From the NCBI GenBank assembly GCA_038212275.1, contig JBBQUR010000001.1, positions 288,001 to 352,000 on the forward strand: 64,000 bases of DNA, in the 5' to 3' direction. Made by a program: the position numbers and the translations under genes. Source of the stretch: Planctomycetota bacterium. GTDB taxonomy: Bacteria; Planctomycetota; B15-G4. Each line of letters begins with the position of its first letter. Within the stretch, counting starts at the first letter, position 1. The notes beneath the pieces were generated by a model. It had not been told where the DNA came from. It did not search any database and worked only from the letters and a program-made list of their open reading frames with translations. Shown one piece after another: positions 37,980-46,562 of this stretch.

Positions 37980-39287
37980 TCAGGCGAAGAGCGGGAGGCG
38001 CGCATGGTCGCCGGGGACCGCCAGGGTGGACGGCATGCCGAGCCAGTCCGTGAGACTGACGTAGACGCTGCGGAAATCCACGCCGACGGGGACATCGGTG
38101 TCCCGGTCTCCGGAAAGGTCGGGATCGATGCCTAGGACGCCGCCCTTGACGGCGCGGCCCAGCACGAACACCGGGCCGCCTGCTCCATGGTCGGTGCCTC
38201 CCGAGGCGTTTTCCTCGACCCGGCGTCCGAACTCCGAGAACACCAGCGTGGTCACCCTCCCGTCGTCTCCCTGCCGCCGCAGCCTGCCTTGGAAGTCGTC
38301 CAGCGCCTCACCGAGTTCCCGCAGGCACAGTTCGTGCGAGCGCTCCTGGCGGGCGTGGGTGTCATAGCCGTCCTGTGTCACGTAGATCACGCGGGTGCCG
38401 AGCCGGGCTCCGATGAGTTGCGACGACAACGCGAGCGCACGCGCCAGCGGTGTCGTCGGTCCGTCGCCGGCCGGCTCCTCGCGTGCCAGGTCGTGCAGTC
38501 GCTGCGCGCAGTCGAAGGCTGCCGAGTCGGCCACCGCGATGCGTGCGGCAAGTCCTTCACGGCTGGCGGGTGAACGACACGCCTCCTGCAGCAGCCGGCG
38601 GGCGGCGGCGCCCCGATCGGTCCCGGCCGGGAGTGTGATCGACAGGTCGGACAGCGACTGCAGCGCCGGCGCCTGCCGCGGCGCGCCCGCAAGCGCGAGC
38701 GGCAGGTCGCGGCCGCCGATCCGCACGAAGGGAAGCTCCGAGGAGGCGTCCGGTCCGGCATCGGCCGCCTGCTGCGCCGCGAGCAGGCCGAGCCAGCCTG
38801 CCGACGGCGGGCTGTCGTCGGTGCGGGCCGTGTGCCAGATCTCCATGGAGCGGAAGTGGCTGCGATTCTCGTCGGGGTAGCCGACGCCCTGCACGACGGC
38901 CATACAGCCTTCATCCCAATGCGGAAGCAGAGCACCGAGGGCGGGGTGCAGGCCGAGATGGTCGCTGAGGCGCACGACTCGCTCGGGTCGCAGGGCGAGC
39001 ACCGGGCGCGCGCGGTGGTAACGATCGTCCGCGAAGGGGATCACCGTGTTGAGGCCGTCGTTGCCGCCGGTGAGTTGCACGACCACGAGGACCCGCTCGC
39101 CGGGTTCCGCGGCGCACACGTTCCGAAAGGTGTGCGCCAACCCTGCGGGCATCAACGCGAGCAGTTGCAGCGCGGCTCCGGCCTTGAGGATCTCGCGTCT
39201 CGTCAGGCCCGGCAGTGCATGAGCCCTCGTCGGTGGACAGTGCGCGGACGCGTCACGACGTCGACGATCCTGCGTCTCCTCGTTCAT
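37980..39287 (-). CDS. DUF1501 domain protein (Tat-like N-terminus)
   Basis: TRREILK, LTGGNDGLNT, RSHFRS, GYDTH and SEFGRR..EN...GTDHG motifs. Confidence 0.92.
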   Translation of the reverse strand: MNEETQDRRRRDASAHCPPTRAHALPGLTRREILKAGAALQLLALMPAGLAHTFRNVCAAEPGERVLVVVQLTGGNDGLNTVIPFADDRYHRARPVLALRPERVVRLSDHLGLHPALGALLPHWDEGCMAVVQGVGYPDENRSHFRSMEIWHTARTDDSPPSAGWLGLLAAQQAADAGPDASSELPFVRIGGRDLPLALAGAPRQAPALQSLSDLSITLPAGTDRGAAARRLLQEACRSPASREGLAARIAVADSAAFDCAQRLHDLAREEPAGDGPTTPLARALALSSQLIGARLGTRVIYVTQDGYDTHARQERSHELCLRELGEALDDFQGRLRRQGDDGRVTTLVFSEFGRRVEENASGGTDHGAGGPVFVLGRAVKGGVLGIDPDLSGDRDTDVPVGVDFRSVYVSLTDWLGMPSTLAVPGDHARLPLFA

Positions 39288-40594
39288 GAGAGTTGCGCCT
39301 CCGGCAGCGACAGCAGGATGTGAATGGCCTGCGTCAGCGGCATGTCCCCGGATGCGAGGCGATCACGCAGGCCGCCCGGCAACTCGCCGTCGAACAGCAG
39401 GTCGATGAGCGCACCGAGGTCCGCCACGCCGTCGCGCAGGGGCGCCGGATCGGGCTTCCGAAGCGCGGCGAAGGACGTGGCGAAGCGCGCCGCGAGATTC
39501 ATGCGCCCGATGAGCGTCGCTGCGTTGAGCCACGCCAGGCCTCCGTCCCAGCCTTTGACGCTCGGCGGCTCGTAGAGCGCCTGGCCGAGGTCCGCGAGCC
39601 GTGTGCCGAGCTCGCTCGTGTCGGGTCGCAGTCCGAGCGTCCGAGCCGCGCCGATGGCCAGCGCCACCGGGGAGCTCACGAGCGAGCGTCGTGCCTGCGC
39701 ATCGAAGAACGCGCGGCTTGCAAACAGCTCGCGCAGCAATGCCAGCGTGTCGTATCCGCTCGCGAGGTAGTGTTCGCCGATCAGCGTGACAAGCTCAGGC
39801 GAAGGCGCCGCATGCACGAAATGGCGGAAGAGCCGGCCGCCCACGTGCTCGGCACATGCCGGCCGCTCGAGGCACGCGGCAAGCACGTCATCGCCATCCA
39901 GGGGCCCGGAGCGTCCCAGGACCAGCTTGTCGCTGCCATCGTGTTCGCGGGCGTTGAATCGGAAGCGGCCGTCCTGCTCGTGCCAGCCGCTGAAGGCACG
40001 CGCCGCGTCGCGCACGTCGCACTCCTCGTAGTGTCCGACGCCGAGGCAGAACAGTTCGAGCAGCTCGCGTGCGAAGTTCTCGTTGGGATGGCGCGCACGG
40101 TTTCCGTTGCCGTCGAGCCAGCGGATCATCGCCGGGTCGCGCGCGACCGCGCCGAGCAGGACGCCGAAGCGCCCCGGCCCTAGCGTGCGCAGCAGATCCA
40201 CCTGCGCCGCCATGAGATGCGGGCCGCGCACCTTGGCCACGGACGTGGCGAAGTGTCCATGCCAGAAGAGCGCGAGCTGCTCGCGCATGGGGCGTGGATC
40301 GCGCAGCATGCGGGTGAGCCAGACGGAGCGATACAGCTCGAGACTTCCCGCACTGAGCAGCGGAGAGAGCGCCTCCAGCACGCTGGCATAGGCGCCTTCG
40401 ATCGGCGGGCAGGCCACCAGTTCATTCACTGCAGCGCCCGGACCCCACCGCAGGACCTGATCGCGTTCCTGTCGTGTCCCGCCGAAGCAGGTGCGGCGCA
40501 GCAGGTGCGACGCGGAGCCCGCATCCCAGGGGCCGTCGATATCCGGCCGGAATGGAGCGAGCGCCTCCTCGGCAGTGCGCCACGACGCACTCAT
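39284..40594 (-). CDS. DUF1800 domain protein
   Basis: HLLRR..FG, LFWHGHFATS, PNENFARELLELF.LG and PPSVKGW motifs. Confidence 0.92.
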   Translation of the reverse strand: MSASWRTAEEALAPFRPDIDGPWDAGSASHLLRRTCFGGTRQERDQVLRWGPGAAVNELVACPPIEGAYASVLEALSPLLSAGSLELYRSVWLTRMLRDPRPMREQLALFWHGHFATSVAKVRGPHLMAAQVDLLRTLGPGRFGVLLGAVARDPAMIRWLDGNGNRARHPNENFARELLELFCLGVGHYEECDVRDAARAFSGWHEQDGRFRFNAREHDGSDKLVLGRSGPLDGDDVLAACLERPACAEHVGGRLFRHFVHAAPSPELVTLIGEHYLASGYDTLALLRELFASRAFFDAQARRSLVSSPVALAIGAARTLGLRPDTSELGTRLADLGQALYEPPSVKGWDGGLAWLNAATLIGRMNLAARFATSFAALRKPDPAPLRDGVADLGALIDLLFDGELPGGLRDRLASGDMPLTQAIHILLSLPEAQLS

Positions 40595-42423
40595 CGATCG
40601 CCTTCAGCGGTCCGGAGCGTCGCCGGCGGGGCGAACCCGAGCGTGAGCTCGAGCTGCAGGCCATCCTCGATCTGGCGCACATCGGCCCGCAGCTTTGTCA
40701 GCACAGAGAGCAGTTGCAGCAGCTTGTCGATGTCGCTGCCGGCCTCGTCCGGATCGGCACCGTCCTCGAGCATGCGTTGTGCGACGAAGCCCGCGCGGTT
40801 CTCGCGTGCGAGCTCGATCGCCGTCGGCATGTCGATGTCGAAGCCGAACGTGCCGTCGCGCTCGACCGGCGCACCGCCGTGAATCGAGCTGATCAGCCGA
40901 CGCACCTGCTCGGCCGACGAGCCGATGAGCAGCCAGTCGTCCACGATCGCCGCCGCAGGCGACCAGTTGGGATCGGTGCCGAGCGCCGCGGGGCCGTCGG
41001 TCCTGCGCGGTGCGAGCCGCGCCAGCCGCATCGGCACGCCCTCGTGTTCCTCCACCTCGAGCACGAACGGCGCACGACCATCCCGCGCCCGGTCCATGTT
41101 CACGATGCTGACCATCGACTGGAAGGCGACGGACACGGAATCGGAAAACTCCGACGCGGCCACAAGGCGTCCGACGAGGCAGAAGCCGGGCAGGCGCACC
41201 TCCGGCACCAGAGAGGCGTCCGCGAAGAGCTGTCTGTCCACGACGAGTGCGAGCTCCGGCGCGACGGCCGCAAAGACGTCCTCTGCAGGTGACAGTCCCG
41301 CGAACAGGACGGCGATGTTCTCGTCGGCCTTCGCGAGAGCCGGCTGACTGTCCTCGGACATGAGGACCTCGCGCTGCCGCCACCAATCCGCAAGATCGCG
41401 CCGCGCGGACACGACCGCAATCGTCTGTGGTGTCGTCGGCACGACCATGCTGTCCACGCCGGGCGGGAACCATGCGGCGGCTGCATCCGCGGGCGGCGGA
41501 GGCAGCAGCGCCTGGAGGGTCAACGAGTTGTCGTTGCTCGTCAGCGCGCCGTCCACGCGGCCCTCGGCCAGCGTCAAGCCGCCGAAGAGCAGGTTGGCCA
41601 GCGGATTGGCGAGCCGGCGACCGAGCAGCTTGCGGCCCGGCTGGCGCACACCGCGAAGCGTCGATGCCTGCAGGAGCGCGGTGTCAAAGGAGAACGTGGC
41701 CAGCGTCGCGGAACCCGTCGGAGGCTCCTTTACGCTCGAAGGCACGTTCGCTGCGGCCGGGCTGGCGCGCGCACCGACAGTCGCGGCCGTTGCAGCCTGC
41801 CGCACCCGCTCGAGCGCCTCGGTCAGCAGCTCGTCGTTGTTGCCGGCGATCAACACGCCTTCGTGGGCGGCCACGAAGAGCTTGCGATCCACGCGCGCGT
41901 AGGGCAGATCCTTGTGCAGCAGGTGACGCACGTCGTGTTCGTTGGAAGCCAGCGCCAGCAAGGCTCCGAGCGTGCGCTGCAATCCCTCGGCATCCTCCGT
42001 GCGGGACAACGCGACGACGGCGCGCGGACCGCTCTCGCCGGCTGCCAGACGCGACGGAGGGCCGGCGTAGAGCGCGACGGCGACCTCGCCTCCCAGCAGG
42101 AAGCGCAGCAGGGATTCCGGATCGGCGCCCGTGGCGAGTCGGAGAGCGCCGCGCAAGGGCGCGAGTTCGCGAACGAGGCCGGACTCCTCCGCGAGAGCGC
42201 GGGCGCTTCGGCCTGCCGGGCAGTCCCACACGGCCAGTCCGCTCGGGACGTGCACGCAGGCGAGCGCCCCCTCCGGCAGCAGGCCCGAGAGCGAGTCATC
42301 GCTTGCTGCCGCGCGCGGCGCGGCGAGGGGAGCGGGCGCGGAGGTGGCCGCCGGTGCCGACACCAGCACACCCGGCGTCGCGAGCCAGAGAGCGCTGAGC
42401 AGCCACACGAGGAATCGCAGCAT
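40591..42423 (-). CDS. Hypothetical exported protein, first gene of the DUF1800/DUF1501 operon
   Basis: Signal peptide MLRFLVWLLSALWLA; 4-bp overlap with DUF1800; host-like codon usage. Confidence 0.7.
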   Translation of the reverse strand: MLRFLVWLLSALWLATPGVLVSAPAATSAPAPLAAPRAAASDDSLSGLLPEGALACVHVPSGLAVWDCPAGRSARALAEESGLVRELAPLRGALRLATGADPESLLRFLLGGEVAVALYAGPPSRLAAGESGPRAVVALSRTEDAEGLQRTLGALLALASNEHDVRHLLHKDLPYARVDRKLFVAAHEGVLIAGNNDELLTEALERVRQAATAATVGARASPAAANVPSSVKEPPTGSATLATFSFDTALLQASTLRGVRQPGRKLLGRRLANPLANLLFGGLTLAEGRVDGALTSNDNSLTLQALLPPPPADAAAAWFPPGVDSMVVPTTPQTIAVVSARRDLADWWRQREVLMSEDSQPALAKADENIAVLFAGLSPAEDVFAAVAPELALVVDRQLFADASLVPEVRLPGFCLVGRLVAASEFSDSVSVAFQSMVSIVNMDRARDGRAPFVLEVEEHEGVPMRLARLAPRRTDGPAALGTDPNWSPAAAIVDDWLLIGSSAEQVRRLISSIHGGAPVERDGTFGFDIDMPTAIELARENRAGFVAQRMLEDGADPDEAGSDIDKLLQLLSVLTKLRADVRQIEDGLQLELTLGFAPPATLRTAEGDR

Positions 42424-42500
42424 GGCATCTCCCGAACTGGCCCAGCCGACGGTGGTCGATGGGCCGTGATCGTATTCGTCGCAGCCGTCCCGCCCTGGTC

Positions 42501-42550
42501 TGCACCGGTCTGCACCGGTCTGCACCGGCCTGCACCGGCCTGCACCGGCC
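42501..42550. repeat. 10-bp tandem repeat x5 (TGCACCGGYC)
   Basis: tgcaccggtc x2 then tgcaccggcc x3, about 80 bp upstream of the 42423 start. Confidence 0.95.
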
Positions 42551-42676
42551 TTTGCCCGCGGGGCCGGCGTCACGGCCATGGTTGGGGAATGCGACTCGGC
42601 GGTTTCAGGTGATCACGCGTGATCTCGCGCCTGTTCTCCGGCCGGGCATGCGCGCCTGCCCGACCGCCGCTCGAGC

Positions 42677-43597
42677 TCAGTTCTTGTCGAAGGCCTTGTC
42701 GAGCTCCACGAGTTGCTTGACGATCTGCTCCGCTGTCTTGGTGTCATGCAGCGACTGGGCGAGCAGGAACTGATCCTGCAGCGCTTCGTGTGCCGGTTCG
42801 TAGGCCTGCTCGGCGATGGCGTTCTCGTACAGCACGGCAAGTCCGTTCCACACCGCATCGAGGTCGCGGATCGCGCGCCCGACGCGCACGGCTTCCTTCA
42901 TCGTGGTCGAGGACTCGGCGAAATTCCGGTTGTCCGCCTGCACGCGGCCGATGAGCGCGAGGGCCATGGACTGACCCCACGTGTCGTCGAGCTCCCGCGC
43001 ACGGCCGAGCGACTGCTGCAGCGGGCTGATCGAGTTGGCCGCCTCCTGCGGGCTCTTCGCCTGGCGATAGAGGGTCGCACCCTCGCGGAAGAGCCGCTGT
43101 CCCTCGCGGAAGCTCTTCTGCTGCTCGTCGTTCCAGCCGTAGAAGGCATTGACGTAGGCAACGTAGCGCGTGTCGCCGAGCACCTGATCGGCGAGTGCCG
43201 CGAGTCTGCGGCCGGCCGCCTGCATGTCGGCGGCTTGCTTCCTGCCTTCTTCGGTGTCGAGCGCGCCACCCTCCTTGAGGGCGAGCCAGCCCTCGCAGCG
43301 GCTGTCGATGTAGCCGAGGAGCTGCCAGCCCTCGTCGTGGAAGGCCTGTCCGAGGCGGCTCTCGTCACCGGCTTCGAGCAGCGCGTCCCACAGCTCCGGA
43401 CCGCTGAGATTTTCGTACGGATCCTTCGCGGCCGCCGTCGGATCCGTGCCCGCACGGGGGTCGGCGCCCGAGCGCGGATCCTTCCCGGCCCTCGGGTCGG
43501 TGTCCTTGACCTGCCCGGCCAGACCACCGGACATGAGGACGAGTGACAGGGCGCACCACGGCGCGCAGCGGCGGAAGGCGAAGCGAACGGAACGCAT
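42677..43597 (-). CDS. Secreted TPR-like helical protein
   Basis: Signal peptide, short DPR repeats, TPR-like WGQSMALALIG helices. Confidence 0.7.
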   Translation of the reverse strand: MRSVRFAFRRCAPWCALSLVLMSGGLAGQVKDTDPRAGKDPRSGADPRAGTDPTAAAKDPYENLSGPELWDALLEAGDESRLGQAFHDEGWQLLGYIDSRCEGWLALKEGGALDTEEGRKQAADMQAAGRRLAALADQVLGDTRYVAYVNAFYGWNDEQQKSFREGQRLFREGATLYRQAKSPQEAANSISPLQQSLGRARELDDTWGQSMALALIGRVQADNRNFAESSTTMKEAVRVGRAIRDLDAVWNGLAVLYENAIAEQAYEPAHEALQDQFLLAQSLHDTKTAEQIVKQLVELDKAFDKN

Positions 43598-43608
43598 GCG
43601 GAAGTTCC

Positions 43609-44499
43609 TCAGGGAATGCGGGTCAGGGTGTCATTGAGTCGGCCCGAGCGGAAGCCTTCGGCCTCGATGCTCCAGTGCAGAAAGCCGGCGTCGCGCGTCG
43701 GGCCGTCGAGGGCGCCGACCGCGCCCAGGGCGACCAGGTCCGCGACGCGCTCCGGCTCCACTTCGAGGCGCACGAGGTCTCCGTGATGCCTTGCACGCAC
43801 CTGCCGGAAGCCCAGGCCGAGCAGGTGTCGCTCGACGGCGTCCACAGCCGCCAGCCGCTCGGAGGTCACGCGTGTTCCGTAGGGGAGCCGCGACGCGAGG
43901 CACGCCAGCGCGGGCTTGTCCCAGTTGGGCAGGCCGAGGTGGGCGGCGACGGCGCGCACCTCCCGCTTGGTCATTCCGCACGCCAGCAGCGGGGAGCGCA
44001 CCCGGGCTTCGGTGGCGGCCGCGAGGCCGGGGCGCCAGTCGCCGACGTCATCCGCGTTCGTGCCGTTCAGTATGCACGCCAGGCCGTGCTCGTCGGCGAT
44101 GGCGCGGCACACGGCGTAAAGCTCCGTCTTGCAGTGGAAGCAGCGGTCCGGGCCGTTGGCGACGTAGCCCGGGCGCCGCAGTTCGGCAGTCTCCGCGAAC
44201 AGCAATCGCGCGCCAAGCTGATGGCCGAGGCGCTCCGCTTCCGCGGCCTCGGCCGGCGCGACGGCGGGCGAGAGGCCGCTGACTCCCAGCGCGCGCTCGC
44301 CGAGCACGTCGGCAGCCAGCTTGAGCACGACGGTGGAATCGATGCCGCCCGAGAAGGCCACGACCGCCGACCTGCACGCTGCGATCTCGGCGCAGAGCGC
44401 TTTGACGAGCACGGCGGGGGAGCGCGGCGTCTGCTCCGTGGCCTGCTGCTCTGCGGCTCCATGCGCTCCTTCATCGTTCGCGAGGCCGCGGCTCAGCAT
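43609..44499 (-). CDS. larE: ATP-dependent sulfur transferase LarE
   Basis: PP-loop SGGIDS, RCFHCK, GTNADD..DWRPG, ACLASR and QVRARHHG motifs. Confidence 0.95.
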   Translation of the reverse strand: MLSRGLANDEGAHGAAEQQATEQTPRSPAVLVKALCAEIAACRSAVVAFSGGIDSTVVLKLAADVLGERALGVSGLSPAVAPAEAAEAERLGHQLGARLLFAETAELRRPGYVANGPDRCFHCKTELYAVCRAIADEHGLACILNGTNADDVGDWRPGLAAATEARVRSPLLACGMTKREVRAVAAHLGLPNWDKPALACLASRLPYGTRVTSERLAAVDAVERHLLGLGFRQVRARHHGDLVRLEVEPERVADLVALGAVGALDGPTRDAGFLHWSIEAEGFRSGRLNDTLTRIP

Positions 44500-45743
44500 G
44501 TGCCGGCCTCGTGCGCGGCGCGCCATTCGGCAGCGGCCGCGACGGCGGCTGCCAGGACGTCCTTCACCGGCACGGCCTGCACGCGCGCGGCGCGTTCGCA
44601 ATCGTCGTATTCGGGGGAGATGTTGATGCACTGTTCGCCGAGAAACCCGAGCTTCACGCGCACGGCGCCGTAGCACGTCTCGACGCGCTCGTGCCGCCGG
44701 ACGAGTTCGGTGCGGCGGACGTCGTGGCTGCGCACGCCCAGCGTCGTGGTCTCGCGGAGGATGATCTCCGTGAGCACGCCTTCCAGCTCGGGGCGGGCCA
44801 GCACGGAGAGCAGCGTGCCCGGGCGTTGCTTCTTCATCTGCAGAGGCAGCAGCACGACATCGAGCGCGCCGGCCGCGAAGAGGTGCTGCGCGACGGCGCC
44901 GTAGATCCGCGGGTCCATGTCGTCGATGGCCGCTTCGATGATCACGGCGTGGCCGTGCGCGGCTCCCGCAGCGCCGGCAGGCATCGCGGCGGCGGGAGTC
45001 GTGACCCGCTCGCCAAGCAGGACGCGCAGGACGTTGGGACGGTCGGGCAACTCGGCGCTGCCCATGCCCGTGCCGGTCGCGAGCAGGCGCATCGCCGGCG
45101 GCGCACTTGCTGCTCGCCCGGCCGGCTGCGCGCAGAGCGTGGCAAGGATCGCAGCGCCGGTGGGAGTCACCGTTTCGAGGGATCCGGCCACGGGCACCAG
45201 CGTGAAGCCGAGCAGCAGGCGTGCCGTGGCCGGGGCGGGAAGCGGCATGACGCCGTGGTCACCGCGCACGCTGCCGGCGCAGATCGGGACGGCACTGCAC
45301 GAGAAGCTCGTGGCGTCCAGCAGATCCACGGCGAGCGCCGCACCGACGATGTCCACGATGGAGTCCATGGCGCCGACTTCGTGGAAGTGCACTTCATCGG
45401 GCGTGCAGCCGTGCACGTGCCCTTCGGCGGCCGCGAGCGTTCCGAAGATGTCGAGAGCCAGCTGCCGGGCTCGATCGGGGAGCGACGCGCGTTGCAGCAG
45501 CCCGCGGATGTCCTTCCAGTGCCGCGACGGCGCCTGCACTTCGGCGCGCACCGTGAAACGGGCGCCGGCCATCCCGCCCTTCCATTGACGGTCGAGCGAC
45601 ACGGCGCTGAAGGGGAGGCCCGAGTCGCGCAGGCGCTGTTCGAGCGTCGCGAAGTCCGCGCCGGCGTCGACGAGGGCTGCGACGGTCATGTCGCCCGCGA
45701 TCCCGCCGACGAGGTCGAGGTGCAGGTGTCGCTCCGCGTTCAT
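44493..45743 (-). CDS. larC: Nickel pincer cofactor nickel insertase LarC
   Basis: GIAGDM, VHFHEVGAMDSIVDI, PAPAT, TPTGAA, MKKQRPG, ETTTLGVR and PEYDDC motifs. Confidence 0.95.
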   Translation of the reverse strand: MNAERHLHLDLVGGIAGDMTVAALVDAGADFATLEQRLRDSGLPFSAVSLDRQWKGGMAGARFTVRAEVQAPSRHWKDIRGLLQRASLPDRARQLALDIFGTLAAAEGHVHGCTPDEVHFHEVGAMDSIVDIVGAALAVDLLDATSFSCSAVPICAGSVRGDHGVMPLPAPATARLLLGFTLVPVAGSLETVTPTGAAILATLCAQPAGRAASAPPAMRLLATGTGMGSAELPDRPNVLRVLLGERVTTPAAAMPAGAAGAAHGHAVIIEAAIDDMDPRIYGAVAQHLFAAGALDVVLLPLQMKKQRPGTLLSVLARPELEGVLTEIILRETTTLGVRSHDVRRTELVRRHERVETCYGAVRVKLGFLGEQCINISPEYDDCERAARVQAVPVKDVLAAAVAAAAEWRAAHEAGTC

Positions 45744-46525
45744 GGGGCGTCGGTCGCGTCGGGCACGGGATGGTTGATGAGGTGCGCGGCGCATGCGGCG
45801 CCGAAGCCGTTGTCGATGTTGACCACAGTGATACCGGCGGCGCAGGAGTTCAGCATGGCGAGCAATGCGGCGAGGCCGCCGAAGCTCGCGCCGTAGCCGA
45901 CGCTGGTGGGCACCGCGATGACCGGGCACGCGACGAGCCCGCCGACGACGCTGGGCAGCGCGCCCTCCATCCCGGCGACGACGACGAGTGCGCGCGCGCG
46001 GCGCAGCAGCGGAAGGTGCTCGACGAGCCGGTGGATTCCGGCCACGCCGACGTCGGTGAGTCGCTCCACCCGGTTGCCGAAGAGTGCGAGCGTGCGCGCC
46101 GCTTCCTCGGCGACGGGCAGGTCGGACGTCCCCGCGCAGGCGACGACGATCAGGCCGGCGCCCGTGTCCTCGACGGAAGCAGCCGACCAGCACCACGTGC
46201 GCGACAATGGATCGTAGTCGCCGGCAAGTTCGTGGCCCGCGTCGAGTCCCTGACCGCAGGCGGCATGCGCCGCCGGATCGAGGCGTGTCACGAGCACGGG
46301 GTGCCCGCGTCGCTTCAGCCGCGCGACGATGGCGACGATCTGCTCGGCGGTCTTGCCTGCGCCGTACACGACCTCGGGCAGACCGCTGCGCGCATGGCGC
46401 TCGTGGTCCAGTCGCGCGAAGCCGAGGCTGTCGCCATGCAGGTCACGGAGAGCGCGCAGTCCGGCCTCGTCGCCGAGGCGGCCGGCGGCGAGATCCTCCG
46501 CGAGCTGTTCGAAGGGTGGGCGCAT
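45740..46525 (-). CDS. larB: NaAD carboxylase/hydrolase LarB
   Basis: PEVVYGAGKT, AGTSDLPVAEEA, DVGVAGIHRL, VAGMEGAL, PTSVGYG and VVNIDNGFGAA motifs. Confidence 0.96.
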   Translation of the reverse strand: MRPPFEQLAEDLAAGRLGDEAGLRALRDLHGDSLGFARLDHERHARSGLPEVVYGAGKTAEQIVAIVARLKRRGHPVLVTRLDPAAHAACGQGLDAGHELAGDYDPLSRTWCWSAASVEDTGAGLIVVACAGTSDLPVAEEAARTLALFGNRVERLTDVGVAGIHRLVEHLPLLRRARALVVVAGMEGALPSVVGGLVACPVIAVPTSVGYGASFGGLAALLAMLNSCAAGITVVNIDNGFGAACAAHLINHPVPDATDAP

Positions 46526-46562
46526 GCGGCCGACAGTGTAGCCACTTGCAGGGCCCTGCCGA

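Noticed and set aside
44493..45743. Programmed frameshift in larC
   Set aside because: Both LarC halves are in one continuous frame here.
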